A stretch of 64,000 bases of DNA from Lingula anatina (GCA_051362555.1 CM120647.1:7502001-7566000); one strand, 5' to 3'; shown: positions 1 through 14,492, numbered from the stretch's first letter. Notes: generated by a model not told the origin, from the letters alone. Program-made: numbers and translations.

Positions 1-1224
1 ATCACAAACTCTGTCCATATCCGTTAAGGTCGACAAACCAGGGAACAAAATTGAAAAATGTACAACATAATTAGAATCTTTTAAAACATATTTATCATAA
101 CTTATCACAACAATTAATCAAGAAATATTCAAGTTTTTGATATATTGAATCATATAAGGAAATGTATTTATTTCAACCTGTTGACAAATAGCTTTAGGCT
201 ACTGGCAGGTCCGGGTAGGCCACTACATCCTAGGGAACGCACCTTCACAGGGCATGTTTTCCCAGGAACGGAGGTCTGTAAGTTTCTTGGGGACATGCAT
301 TCCTTTCACATTGGTCATTTAAAACATAAATATTAAATTAGAAATCGAATAAGACTTCAAATTTAAGTGTAGGAACGGGCCAACCAATAATTTTCAATGC
401 TGTTCTCTATCCCAGGAAAATTCTTTGTGGCTGGAAAGTCCCGAGGAGAACTCTTTTAAAGACCCATATGGACCCAGCGTCAGTGGAGCGTGGATTCCCA
501 GTAATGCATATAAACCACTTATACTAGTATCTTGTACAACTCAAATAAGTTCAATATGCCAAAGGATAAACCAAATTAATCACTTAATTAACAATAAAAA
601 AGATTTAAACTGTTCCTCTCTTTAAATTTGGTGCTAAATTTAACCTACTTATCTGACCTACTTATTGGTCCCATTTATATACAGCTAAGAAAGGTACATG
701 TAGCAGAACAATCTATTTAATTTTTTTTTTTTTTTTTTTTTTTTTTTGGGGGGGGGGGGTAATATTAAACAATGTCTTTTGGTAATTCTCTCAGTTATAA
801 TATTTGAAACTATATGCTGGCATTTGGTTGGCTTTAGTAACAAAAAATGACTTCTTATATATCTTTTATTATCTAATTTTTATATATAAATACATGTACA
901 AATATACAGACTTGACATTTAATATGGAATATTTTTTTCCCAATCATTTTTCATCAGTTTTTTCCTATTTTGCTGACTGATAAATGAAAATAAGGATTAA
1001 AATCGCGTTTAAATAACTTTTAATTATCTCTTTGATGTCATTGTGACATCAGTTCATTAATCGGATTCGCCAGAGAAGCAAACAAAAACACATTGCCTAT
1101 TCTATGTCATACGATAATAATTAAAAGATATATTTTGGATCTCCATATTTTCCAAATTATTTTCTGTAAAAGAGTTACACGCCTCACAAAGAACCCCCAT
1201 GTCAGTGTCTAGTCACAGTAACGG

Positions 1225-2230
1225 TCGCTGTTACGCTTGACCTCTTCTGTCTGCTACCAGCGCTCTCAAGTGGCAAGGCATTACTTGGGTTAGGTTTTTA
1301 GAGTTCAATCTGGAATAACATTCCAGGCATCGGTCAAAATCTGTCCAATTTGGTCCAGTTTTGTTGTAGAACATGTAGACCATTGATTCGGCGAGTAATG
1401 GCCTACCCACATGTTATCTATGTGGTTCAAATATGGCGATTTTGATTACCAAGATAGCTGCTCATTCCTTTGGTTCTGTAAGTAATCTGCTATTAAAAGT
1501 GCTCTGTGGGTACCGGCAATTTTACCGTGCAACCTAAAATTGTTCCTAAGGTGCCCCCTATCAAATGATAGTCAAGTGGTTCCCAGATTATTCCTTTATT
1601 TGATCTGGTTCAGGTTTTCGTGGATGACCATCATTGGTGTTTTGGCACCAATGTGGTATCCACTCCAATTACTGACGCTGTTAATGGCCTTAGTCACTTT
1701 AGACGCGGCACACGCTTAGTCGATGGTCTCTTCTGTATGTCTGTAAACTCTGTTTTGACTAGTTGAGCGGTACAGGTGAAATCTGACCTCAATAAAGAAA
1801 GTCACGAGGTTTCAGTGTTCAACTCAGAAACGGTCAAGGTCCCCAGTTCATTAGAGAAACATACAACAATGTTTTGCTGTTTACAGTGGGTTCCCCTGAG
1901 GTCGTCTGGTATTCTAACCAGCTAAAACCAGTTTGGTGTTCGCTAAGGGCCTTGAAAAATGCGTTTTGGTGGCAATTTAGCCCTCATTCTGAACGGACTG
2001 GGTGGTTTTTGTTTAGTTGCAACAGCATGTCCCGACAGACAGTAAGTCCTGTGCCCTGGTGGTAAGATTTCAATACATTGGATGTGGCCTCTGTGTAGGT
2101 ACATCAGTCTGGGCATTACTCTATAAAACTGTGCGGACCGTTTCGTTTGGCGCAATTATCTGTCTGGCAATCTCTGACTTTTTCGCGCCATTCTGCCACA
2201 GATTGACAAATTTGCAGTGCACTGCATAGC
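1225..2230 (-). pseudogene. Degenerate Tc1/mariner transposase fossil
   Basis: The minus-strand translation has many stops but keeps Tc1 motifs in order: N-terminal HTH (VNLWQNGAKKSEIARQ), RRP..PL*TAKH, VTFFIEVRFHL (FSDE-RF equivalent), SVSNWSG, and W*SKSPYLNHIDNMW (WPSKSPDLNPIENLW). Ends are approximate. Confidence 0.8.
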
Positions 2231-3278
2231 TAATTTTACACACTGCAAAACAGACCACTTGCATGCAAAATTTCAAATTCTTCTATGCAGTAGTTGCCGA
2301 CATATGGATACTTTTTTGACATAACCATGCTTTGCCAAAGCCAAGCTTTGACCTGCCCAAAGGAGCACTACCCAATTAAATCACTGCATATTACATAATG
2401 CAGCAGCGCAACAAACCTGGTATTCAGTTAATTGGAAGCGATACACCTGACTACACACTTCTCCATTCACATATCTTATATGAGATCGGAGTTTTTTGAA
2501 AAAAGAATGCATTTTTACCTAGGCATACCTTCGAAACTGAAATATTCCATATTAAATGTCAAGTCTGTACCTGCAGATATAGATTTTATTTCTCTGTTCA
2601 CAATTGTAAGTTCTTTCATCTCTAGAAATATATTAACTCATCCATAATTTGCAGATACATGGTTTTACAAATGCCACCTACTATATCATATCTAAAATTA
2701 ATTATTATTTAATATATTTCGATTAAAATGGTTTATAAAACATTAGTTATTAAAAAATCTCAAAAATTAAACTATAGTTTGCTTTGAATACAGCAGATGC
2801 TTTTGAAAATATTACAAATGATGAAATTATCTGCGAAACGACATCCGCATATTCACCACAGTGAGTGAGAAGCAAAAGACGAAAGAAGAATGGAAAATAC
2901 GAAAACAAAGACGGACAGGCAGACCAGCAGATAGATAGATAGATAGACAACTAAAATATAGGCTTCTATGTGATAAAGATATTTCATAGGTCCAATGGTC
3001 TATTCTGGTGTATCGTGTCAGAGTTCCCTATGATTGAGAGTCCGCCTCACATACATTTGTTCAGGTAAGGCTCGCTCTAGATTTTCACCAACCTACGTCA
3101 GGCTACCCCCATTATAACAAAACAATATCAGGTCCGCTTCCCATTCATCTGTACAGGTAAGGCATTACATTGACAATCCTAACCATTATAACTTAACAAT
3201 AAAACTTTACGGCGATCAGCGCTATCCATCATTAGTATAGGCCTACTTGCAATTACGATAAGAGTGAGATATTGGCAA

Positions 3279-3659
3279 TTATGGTAAAAGTGCTTCATAA
3301 ATATTTTGAGCGAGGTACGTCAGGCGGTTTGGTGCGGCCGGGTCCGGTACCACATTGGGATATTTCGTGAATAAAATTGGCAGGAAATCCCGAACCAGAC
3401 CTTGGTAGAATAGAACAGTCCCATTCACGATTGGCGTGTTCTCAGGTGGACCTGTAAAAGACACATGACTTATTAGAAGGATAACAACTCTTCGTATGAG
3501 ATCCATGTTTTACAATTAATTGTAAGGTACACATGAAAAATATACTGCACGCACACCTTATGACATTCCTATAAATACCAATGTTTTCTTACATGATGCA
3601 TTTTACTGGAAAAATCTATTTCGTGTAAATTATCAAACAATGCAAATAATAATAATGCA

Positions 3660-3700
<41 letters not shown>

Positions 3701-5709
3701 TAATGCTCCTGGTCATGAACTGAGTTGAAGTATGGAATAGCAACGGACATGCAAGGAATGTTAACGGTTTCAAAAATTATAAAAGAGTTAGTGGCTATTA
3801 TGTTTGTCACCAACGTTACATGGTCACGTGCACACATTTAACCCTATCAGGAACAGTGTTACAGCAGCCGTATGGACACCTTAGTCAGCTAAGCTAGAAT
3901 GCGATGAAAAGATTGATATAAAGATCTTAGATTGCTAAACAAATGCACCTTTCATTAGTCAATGGCGGATTAAGATTTCTAATCCTGACTTGATTTAAGA
4001 ATTTTGACTAGTTGAATCATAGTTTTAAACCGTACCAAATAGCACCGTTCGCCTTCTAAAATACCTCATTTTGGGGGTCCCGCTGAAAGACCCCAAACCA
4101 CATGCTAAGTGAGGGTAGGGAGACGGCATCGCATCCGCTGACTCCCCTCCCCCCCCCTTCAAATAATCCTGGATCCCTACGTGTTTATCGGTATTAGTGG
4201 GCCTTCTCTCGATATTATCTCAGTTGCTTGGGCGAGTGTTTCCTTTTCAAAATTCAGTTCATGTATCGAGACATTTTGGTAAGAGCGGTGTGATATTTAA
4301 CCATAGTGTAACAACTCTGTTACATGCACTCCCCCATTAAAAGAATCATAATGTTTTTTTTTGTTTTTTTTTCTATAATACTAAGTCAGAAGTAGAGTCA
4401 CAACTTTACATTGCCTTTAATTATTTTTAAATATTTTCAAACACTTTCATGTGATATCTTTGAATCACTTCATGATTTTCTATTACACTTTCCATGTTGG
4501 CTCCTTAAGTGTCCAATGTTCTTCATTATTTGACACCAAAAGAATGTGTAAACGTTGTTCACATTCAAATAAAAGACAAATAAAAGCCTGTGTAACGAGA
4601 GCCGGTATAACGAAACAGAAAGTCTCCCCGTGGCAGAAAGAATGTTCCCCATTTATATGAACAGGCAAGCCTAGCCCCACGTCCACGATATATTTCCATG
4701 GTCAGGGCCCCGTATCTCGAAAGCATCGCGTATTGAGAATTGCTATATCAAATAGAGGCTACAATGTATTAAATGGGACGAGTATGGGCGAGTTATGGAA
4801 TCGAGACGCTTGCGCACGTGAGCAACATAGCGAACCTTTCGAGATACGGAGCCCAGGTCTGTTACTCTGTCACATGGACTATCAGTCTCGTTATACCGGG
4901 TGTGCATGCAAGTCCTATAAAACTCACTTGGGTTGTAATCGGCGCATTGACTTGTGGTAGGGTTGCAGAAGTAGATGGGCGTGGTATCCACGGTAACACG
5001 GTCGTTAAAACTGCAAATAAAACCTATTGTCGGCTGCAAGTGAAAAGAGGATATTAACAAAGCAATAGTTTACAAAATGCATATGTATATATCATTGCTA
5101 CCACGGGTAAACCTACGAGAAAGCCACCAACACCCCTTTCCTTTTCCAAAATTTCAAGGCAAGTTCAGCCGTTTTCATTCTTCAGATAACTGTCACAAAT
5201 TTGAAATATTGAAACGAGATAACACGCAGGCAAGAGCAACCCACTGCATTTTAATGCAAATAATGGAATCAATCGATTAATTAATCAGTTTGTTTGTTTG
5301 TTTGTTTTTTATTTGTCTGAATGGGAAATAAAGTGAATAATAGTTTACCGTGAGCAAACTTGCAAGGTCTGCATTCACCCTCCCCCTTAAATTAGGATTG
5401 TTTAGATTGGTTAAAGGGGCTACAATGCCCAGGCAGTCAGTCGCCCTAATGTTGCATTCTGCGTCCGTAGTACAGGGGGTTCCAGTAACTAGAATATTTC
5501 ACAGAAAAACACTTCAATAAATTACAATTCCATTTAGCTTACGAGAGGTGAACGGTTAAGCAAACTACAAATGGTGTTGTTCGAATTCGGGACCGTGGGG
5601 TAATTCAGTAACTTATCTTCGCCGTTCTACTGCATTGTGCGAAATACGGGAGTGTATTTATGACGCTAGGCTCACTACAACTAGTTCTTTTACTACCGCT
5701 ACTACTGCT

Positions 5710-5754
<45 letters not shown>

Positions 5755-7744
5755 TACTTGTCTCGCAGCTTGACACGACTGGAAATTCAGGATTGTCAGT
5801 AGGAGAGAAGCCAGTGGAAGGCAGATACACCGGGAACGTCCCAGGGGCGCACAAACAACGGAATCCAGAAGCGGTGAACAACAGGAAGAAAGGATTGAAT
5901 GTGCACACAGGGGATTGCCCCAGCGGATTTGCATTAGTGCATAATGTGTCCGCGCCTATTGGCTGATAAGAATTTGTCACAGTGCACTCGGAGAAGAGGG
6001 AATTTCCTGGAAAGGAAAAAAAGAAGTCATTCGATTATTTCACGAGTTAACTTTATAATTTTGACGTACTGGTAGCTGAATAATTGAAATAAAAAAGCAA
6101 TGAACGTTGTAGTGTAAACTGAACTGAGAAAAACTCTCTCTCTCTCTCTCATTCTCTCTCTCTCTCCTAATTAAGCCAGTGGTGGCTTCAACGAACCGGA
6201 ATAAGTTGAGAAACCTTTTCCACCGATTTTTGCCTACCTCAATAGTGAAAATGTGCTTATTTTCATTATCTTTTTACACACGCACACACACTCACACACA
6301 CTGTGTTTACAAGTTAATGCACGGTTATATGTGGAACTAGAGGTTCAAAAGGCGGTATTTACTCAGGTCACTAACCACTTCGTATAGACCCTTTTCATCT
6401 TTTCCATGTTGAAAATTTCATCGAGGGAAAGTGAGTCCTTGCTATGTCGAATCACTTACAGTGGTGCTGAAAACCATGCCTGGGTTTACGTGTTGTGTGT
6501 CCCGCTGCTTATATTATAGTAAGCGAGATCGACACATGAATTTTATAAGTTCCCAACAGACCCGTTAGAATGAAAAATATGGGTAAACAACATCGGTAGA
6601 AAGAAAGGAAAATTTAGCAGGTTTGGATCAAGAGCAGTGCGCCGCGTTTGCGCCGAACATTTCGAAGGCGCGAAGAAAACCTACAATATTAGGAGGTCAA
6701 CGGTGTTTAAATAAAAAATCAGAAAAAGTTTAGTTAATCAGCGGATCTAACGAAATATCGGCAAATAGAACTCAAGGAAAACAATGCGCGAAAAAAAACA
6801 TTATAAAGATCTGAAGAAAAATTTGAAGATTTAAAAGAAAGAAAAGACTAAGCATGAAGTTATGGAAAAAGAAACTAAAAGCTGTTAAGTTTTACACGGG
6901 GTTTTCTATTTACAAAGAATTCAAAAAATTTCACGACTTTCTTGTATCCAGTCACGTATTACTGATGTGTACAAATGGGGCTCAAAGTATCAAGATTGAT
7001 AGAGACACACGAAGAATATAAATGTAATATAATTAAGACGTACGCACCTGTCCATACACTAGAAAGCCGTGTGCGAGTCTACTGGCTATTTTGATGAAAA
7101 AAATATAACGTGTCTCTTTCGCCTATCTTTATTGTCGAAAGCATTTAAAAGAACTCTGAAGCTATAGTTCGTCATCACTTAAGAAAGTGCATCCAAGGCT
7201 CGGACGCTTAGGTGAAATCTAGTTGTTCAGCGCACCGTATTTAAACTGAGAAATAAAACATTTAATTGCTCGATCCTCCGTCCAAATAGTTCTGTTTTCT
7301 TGCCTACAGTTGACGCATTTCTGTGCTTCAGCCACCTTTTTAGTTTGACACATACTAGTGCACGCTTCAAACGGCCTTTTTAAATACGAACCTTGTACAT
7401 CTCCTACACCTAGCATTGCCATGCTGGAAACAGCAGAGGACTACAATGACCCCTGTGGGTCGCAGTACCTGTCACGCACACTTCTTATTTTTGTAAAAGA
7501 TGAAAAGGGTCTATACTAGCGTCCCTTTTCAACAGCAATTCACGGAGTCCTGTGTTCGACATAGACACTTTCCCCGGAGGCATCATTAACCAGCATAGCC
7601 GACCAAAACTGTTTACTTCAAAGAGCATAAAAGTTTTTTTTTTTTTCTGAATTTTTAAATACAGCCCACAGTCAAATGCGATAAGCTATGTCGCCAGTTC
7701 AAATCAAATCAAGTATATTGTAAACATCAAATCGACTCACCCAT
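3279..7744 (-). CDS. Uncharacterised Cys/Pro/Asn-rich multi-exon protein (gene A, copy 1); model incomplete
   Basis: Candidate exons with canonical splice sites: 7741-7744 (ATG G|gtgagt), 5758-6006 (NSLFSECTVTN...CTFNPFF...CLCAPGTF...SCET), ~5350-5488 (TGTPCTTDAECNIRATDCLGIV), 4928-5010 (FNDRVTVDTTPIYFCNPTTSQC) and 3279-3451 (PPENTPIVNG...EALLP*). Cys positions and frames are conserved in the paralog. The internal phase joins are not fully resolved. Confidence 0.55.
4706..4853. mobile_element. PIF/Harbinger-type MITE (~150 bp)
   Basis: TIRs GGCCCCGTATCTCGAAAG / CTTTCGAGATACGGAGCC flanked by a CAG duplication (CWG-type TSD). Absent at the paralogous position near 13600. Confidence 0.75.
6386..7512 (+). 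mobile_element. Internally deleted, degenerate ISL2EU-type DNA transposon
   Basis: Perfect 18-bp TIRs AGACCCTTTTCATCTTTT with AT flanks. Contains a frameshifted THAP domain (MPGFTCCVSRC...FYKFPTD...W...RVCAEHF, ~6476-6690), the AVKFYTGFSIYKEF motif (~6880), and a convergent minus-strand ORF start at 7422. Confidence 0.8.
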
Positions 7745-9289
7745 TCTGCAAGTAAACGTCACAACTAAATTCGACAAAAGAACAACTCCGTCCAAGGCTG
7801 TAGATCTTGACGAGAGCCTTAAGATATTGAAACGTGCGTTAGCTAAACAGCAGTGCTACTGTCGATTTCGAGGGAAACCCTCGGTCTGAAATACATGGTT
7901 TTTTGAATAATTTCCATAAACTGATAAAGAAAATTACCATAATCTACTGTAAGTGGCAGACAAACTTCCTCATCGTGATACGTATTAAAGAGATTCTATC
8001 TAAAATTATGCGAGATCTGAAATCGGTGAGTGGAGTAACGAGTTTAGTAGGTCGATTAGACGCTCGTTGTCAAATCAATACCCCCTTAAACTGATTCAGA
8101 GGTCTGCGGTAGTGTGAGTGGTCTTTCTAGGGGATAATTTATTGTAGCGGCAGTGACAAAAAAGTCCCCTGTGTCAGACAAATAAAAAATGGCCCTTAAA
8201 TTCAGACCCGTTTGTCCATAAGTCTTAGAGATATGCTTTAAAATAATTTGTCTATTCAAAGACAACCTTTCCTTCAGACGCTTTATTTTAGAAATACACA
8301 ATTTGTCGCCCCACTTCAACTTATTTGTGCTTTTATTTACAAATGATCACCTCGCAGGTATACATTGTCATAAACAGTGCTTTTTATTCCAGATATCATA
8401 TCTCACATGATTAATGGTTAGAATGATAATGTTAATGAAATATGTCATGATCCAAATACGCCATTATATCCCTGTATCAAACATACCCTGAACAAACGTA
8501 TTCTAAGCTTAATGTTTTACCTCATTTGGCTCCATATTACCAAGGCATGGTCCAGTGTTACGTAATTACCAGCACTTATATGTGTAGAGCCAGTAGAGGG
8601 TCACGTTGGAAAAAAGTGCACATACTGGACTTCGCCTACGGTCCCGGTGATTCTACTAAGTGCACTCTTAAACACTAATACATATATGGCCGGAACATTA
8701 CCTAATGGAAAGTGACAGCAGCACGTTTATAGATATAAATCACATGCAGCGACATTTGTTTTCCTTTTCAGCTCGGCGCATAATCTTCAAACGTTCCCAA
8801 AGCAAAGCCTGTTATGAACACTGGTTATCTTAAAGGGATAATAAATCTTCATATGAAGTTCAAAATTCCACAAGAAGTACACTGTAAACGACGCACACAA
8901 ATATAATGAATTCAATTTTACCACCGAAACGGTGATTATCGCAATTATTCTGAAATCTGTGTCTGCCATCGCGGACCTTCAAAGATGGCTAGCCTACTAA
9001 TCATCTCTTAAGAGATTAACTGGAGAAGGAACATGCATCATTTCAATAATACATGTAATTATCTAAAAAGATCATTTTAAAAACCACACTTAAAAAGACA
9101 ATCGATTAACTAACTTAAAGTGTTGGAACGGATTCATAAACCATTGTAAGTGTGGGAAATTGCCGTTAACCCCAAGAAAGTTTCGTTTTCTGGTACTTTC
9201 CCCACCAAAATGAAGAGTTGTCATCCCTTACATACCGGTATAAATGATCAATCCAAACTTGTACTGTTGAGGAGTCGGAATTAGTCCAG

Positions 9290-9868
9290 GCCCCCGTTTC
9301 ACAAAGAAACTTCAATCCGTAGTTGACTAGCTCGAGCTGAGTGACCAAGGTAGGTCGACTACGCTGCAGTCGACTAGGCGTGTTTCACAAAGAATCTAAA
9401 GTCCTAACTCGGTGTGCTTACCGTAGTCGACGTGCACGAGAAACTCTTCAAGAAAAGGTGTAAAAATCCCTGAAGTTTAACAAGACATGAAGTCCCATGA
9501 CCTTTTTCGACGGAGAACGATCGTTTATCAACAATATAAATCATTCAAATATAAACAAAGTTTGTTTTTGAACTTTATTGATTATTTTAACTTCAATACA
9601 ACTTCAAATAACAGTAAAACATTAGCTTAGGGGGTATGTTCTTTCCAATTTTTTGTTGTTTATGCTGTAATTTACCGAATTTTAGTTGAGCTTGCTGACT
9701 TAATTAAGTCTCCTCCCGAGGAGGCTAGGCTTCGTCGACTAGCAGCTAAGAAAAAAAAAACGACGTAAGCGACCTTTTAGATTCTTTGTGAAACGGGACT
9801 TAGTGACGTAAGGACTTAATTACGTTGGTAACGAAGCTCTTAGTCGGGGAAACCGACTTAAGTTTTTT

Positions 9869-9899
<31 letters not shown>

Positions 9900-9912
9900 G
9901 TGAAACGGGGAC
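9290..9912. mobile_element. Harbinger-type non-autonomous element
   Basis: TIRs GCCCCCGTTTCACAAA / TTTGTGAAACGGGGAC with CAG TSD. The same insertion is at 26439-27080, so it predates the duplication. Confidence 0.75.
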
Positions 9913-10174
9913 CAGCTGCCCTTGGTGTCCTATCACCTTTTCACAACAAAGATAATGCATAATTACATGTATGTTCCAACTCCAATTAAATCATAACTAT
10001 CTTTAGTATCATACCACGCTCATATTTTATTTATGACTTAATGAAGATAATATCAACACTTATAATATCTACAGAATATAATTGTGGGATATTACCGTGA
10101 CCAGCATACAGGTACGTATATACACACACTGGACATAAGAAGTGTAGGCCGATAATTTGAGTTTTTATCATTTG

Positions 10175-11084
10175 CTAATGAATAACTTTGCTTATGTCCA
10201 CTTTTACCGACCTGAAGATACGTTCACAAGCGACATCAGCTGTTTTTTCACCAAATAGGTTCATATCGTTTAATCTGTAATATTCAATTAAACGCTTAAC
10301 ATCCGCATAGTATTTTTTTCTGAGCCCTGTCACAAGCAGGATCCCACGTCCAGTCGGAGTATTCAAAATTGAAAAGATTTCTATGAATGTTGCTTTTATT
10401 GAAATACCTGCAGTGGTCAGGGCAAATGTCAAACCCACCCGAGTGGCAAATGCCTTCGAGGAGAGCTTGGGGGTAGTAGCTTTTTAAATTGTAAGGAGGC
10501 AATAAAACTTCTTCCTCTGGGGGTGCGTGATAACGCCAGTGAATCGCCACTCGCGCAATAGGTGTGTGTTCCTTCGCTGTAAAATTATCACGGTAGAATT
10601 TCAAAGGCATCCTGCCTTGGCTCTCTTTCATCCACTTTCCATTCGGGCGTTTTTGAATGCGAAAATTGTATTCACTGCGATGAAATGTGTATATATACTG
10701 GCACATGATGTTGAACTGTGAGAAAATATCTACGACTGTATACTCTTTAAATATATCATCAAATGGTTTATTGTGTCGTTTTTCGAGGTAATGTCGCAAT
10801 TTAACGATGTGCTCAACTTTCACGATGACGGGAAAATACCCCATGCATTTCATCACCTCTGGTTTTCCAAACAGTTTACTTGTCTTCAGGGCTACTCCTC
10901 TCCACCAGCTATTAAGTAAACTTCCATAAACTCCAATGACTACGGGTTTTCCGTTTAGGAAGAGATCCTCTGGCGTGACAGTTGACACGAATAAAGTATC
11001 CGTATCCACAAAACCGACATATTCAGCGTAAGTGTAATTCTCCGGGTAAAACATCAACCAGTGTTGCTGTCGATCGTGTCCGTG
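10175..11084 (-). pseudogene. Glycosyltransferase-like gene, 5'-truncated and frameshifted copy
   Basis: Near-identical to the 3' two-thirds of 27340-28632. Homology stops at 11084 at a TE fragment, so the TM anchor is missing. +1 frameshift in an A7 tract (~10313-10319). Confidence 0.85.
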
Positions 11085-11307
11085 CGCGTGTGTGCGACTT
11101 AAGCAGTTGAAACCCTTAGCACCTAAAAGTTAAACAATACACCCTACATTTATTAGACGTCAAACGCGTCATACTGCTAAACACATTCGGTCTAAAAGCG
11201 TGTAACATGTCAAGGAGCTAAGCATGTTAGGAGCTAAACGCGTCGAAAAATGAGACAAAATAGGCGCTTAGAAATGTGTGTAGGAGCTAAACACTGTTTT
11301 TACAGTG
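11085..11307. mobile_element. Fragment of a CACTG-ended (EnSpm/CACTA-like) element at the duplication junction
   Basis: Ends in ...GTTTTTACAGTG|TA. A related sequence with the same end is at ~60810-60902. Confidence 0.55.
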
Positions 11308-11868
11308 TATACATGGTTTTAGAAATGCCACCTAATATATCATGTCTAAAATTAATCATTATTAAATATATTGCGATAAAAACGGTTTACAGTACATTCA
11401 TAATTAAATAATCTCAAAAATTAACTACAGTTTGGGTTGAATATAGCTCATGCTTAAATATAACAACTGACGAAAAATGTCACCAATTACGTAAAGTATC
11501 CGCAAAACGTTATCCGCATACTCAGTATTCACCAAAGTGAGCGAGAAACAAAAAAAAAATACAATAAACAAAGAGAGAAACGATACAATCAGGCAGGCAG
11601 ATAGATAGATAGATGGACTACTAAGTTACAATATATTCCAGAGGCCCAATGAACGTATAATCTACATGTATCATGGTGTAACATAACAGAGTTCCCCATG
11701 ATGGAGAGTCCGCTTCCCATTCATTTGTACAGGTAAGGCTCGCTCTAGATTTTGACCAACCTGCGTCAGGCTAATCCTAACCATTATAACTAAATAATTT
11801 ACCTTAACCGGGATCAGCGCAATTCATCATTAGTATAGGCCTATCCGTTAAGAGTGGGATAATGGCAA

Positions 11869-14439
11869 TTACGGCAAGAGTGTCTCATAAATATTTTGAG
11901 CGAGGTACGTCAGACGGTTTGTTGCGGCCGGGTCCGGTACCACATTGGGATATTTCGTGAATAAAATTGGAAGGAAATCCCGAACCAGACCTTGGTAGAA
12001 AAGGACAGTCCCGTTCACGATTGGCGTGTTCTCAGGTGGACCTGTAAAAGACACGTGACTTATTAAAGAGATAACAACTCTTCGTATGAGATCCATGTTT
12101 TACAATAAATGCATTGTAAACTTCACATATAAATAGAGACTGCATTGTATTTCAGTTCTATAGCGAATAGCTTAAATTATGACATTCCTATAAATACCAA
12201 TTTTTTCGTAATTTTTTCGTATGCTCTTGATCACAAACTGATTTAAACTATGGAATAGCGACGGACATGCATGGAATGTTTACAGGCCCCGGTTTCAAAT
12301 ATTATAAAAATGTTAGTGGCCATCATGTTTGTTACCAACGTTACATGGTCACATGCACATATTTTACCCTATCAGGAAGAGTGTTACAGCAGCTGCATGG
12401 ACACCTTAATATTAGTCAGCTAAGCTAGAATACGATGAAGAGATTGATATCAAGTCCTTACACTGCTAAACAAGTCCAACCTTTCATTAGTGGTATTAGT
12501 GGGCAAACTCACGATATTATCTCAGTAGCTGGGACTTTCATTAGTCAATGGCAGATTAGTCCCCTCTAGAAATAAGAATTTTGACTATCTGAAGCATAGT
12601 TCTAAACCGCACCATAGAGCACCGTTCGCCCTCTAAAATACTAAAATTTTGGGGGCCCCTGAAGGACCCCGAACCACACGTTGAGGGGGGAGGCAGGGGT
12701 CGGCAATGCACCTGCTGACCCCCCCCCCCCCCCCCTCAAATAATCCTGAATTTTGGTATTAGTGGGCCTACTCTTGATATTATCTCAGTTGCTGGGGCCA
12801 GTATTTCTTTTTCAAAGTTTAGTTGATGTATCGAGACATTTTAGTAAGAGCGATATGATATTTAACTTTATTGTACATGTAGCAATAGCAATGCATTCCC
12901 CCATCAAAAAAATATACATAATACTTTTTTCTATAATACTCCTTCAGAAGTCACAACCTTACATTGCCTTTAATTATTTTTAATCATTTTCAAACACTTT
13001 CGTGTGATGTCTTTGAAGCGTGTCATGGTTATATTTTACACTTTCCATGTTGACTCCTTTACTTTACAATTGTTTTCATTATTTGTTACCAAAGGAGTGT
13101 GTAAACGTTGTTGACTTTCACGTGTGACCAGAGATGAAACTTCTGTCTCTTTCCTTTCAACAGACCTATCACACAGACAAAACAAAACTTAAGAGAGACC
13201 AGGTCAAACGAGACGGAAAATCCCTCGTGAGAGAAAGACCGCTCCCTGGGGCCTAACCCAGGATTATTTGAAAGGGGGGGGGGGGCGAATGTGAAGCCGA
13301 CTCTCCCCCCATCCACAAACACACACTTGGCGTGGGGTTCGGGCCAGCTAAAGGGCCTCGAAATTTTTGGTATTTTAGAGGGCGAATGGTGCCTTTTGCT
13401 ACGATTTAGAACTATGAATCAGATAAGCAAATTCTAAATTCAAGAGGGGACCAGAAATTGAGAGGGGGGTCAGGACCCCCCTGGCCCCCCACCCCCACCC
13501 CCCTCTAAATCCGACACTGGCTTCCCATATATTTGTACAGGTAAGCCTCGCCCCAGATTTTGACAGACTTATGTCTGGCCATGGAAATATATCCATGGTC
13601 AGGCTAACCATTATAACAAAATGGGTGGCGGACTTTCTGTTACTCTGTTACACGACCCTCAGTCTCGTTATACTGAGTGTACATGAAATCCTATAAAACT
13701 CGCTTGTGCCGTAAGCAGCGCATGTACTTGCGCCAGGGTTACATAAGTAGACGGGCGTGGCATCCACAGTAGTACGGTCGTTAAAACTGCAAATAAAACC
13801 TATTGTCGGCTGCAAGTGAAAAGAGGATATCAACAAAGCAATAGTTTACAAAATGCGTATGTATATATCATTGCTACCACGGGTAAACCTACGAGAAAGC
13901 CACCAACACCCCTTTCCTTTTCCAAAATTTCAAGGCAAGTTCAGCCGTTTTCATTCTTCGGTTAACTGTCACAAATTTGAAATATTGAAACGAGATAACA
14001 CGCAGGCAAGAGCAACCCACTGCATTTTAATGCAAATACTGTAATCAATCGATTAATTAATCAGTTAGTTTGTTTGTTTGTTTTTTATTTGTCTAAATGG
14101 GAAATAATGTGAATAATATTTTGCAAGGTCTGCATTCACCCTTCCCCTTAAATTGGGATTGTTTAGATTGGTTAAAGGGGCTACAATGCCCAGGCAGTCA
14201 GTCGCCCTAATGTTGCATTCTGCGTCCGTAGTACAGGGGGTTCCAGTAACTAGAATATTTTGCGGAAAAAAGTTGAATAAATTGCATTTTTTGGCTTAAG
14301 AGAGGTGGTGGGTTTAGCGAAATGCAAATGGTGGTGTTCGAATTTGGGACCGCCATTCCGCCGCAGTATGCGAAATAGGGGAGTGTAATTATGTCGCAAG
14401 GCTCACTACTACTAGTTATTTTACTGCTGTTGCTGTTGC

Positions 14440-14492
<53 letters not shown>

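Larger units (their letters stand above)
2655..11084. repeat. Tandem segmental duplication, unit A
   Basis: Colinear homology with 11309-28244. Both units start atacatggtttta.aaatgccacc and share the exons of gene A, the Harbinger-type MITE and the glycosyltransferase 3' part. Confidence 0.9.

Noticed and set aside
8787-8969. Hydrophobic short ORF as a signal exon for gene A
   Set aside because: It lies in a dispersed repeat also found at ~16420-16580 and inverted at ~58390-58520.
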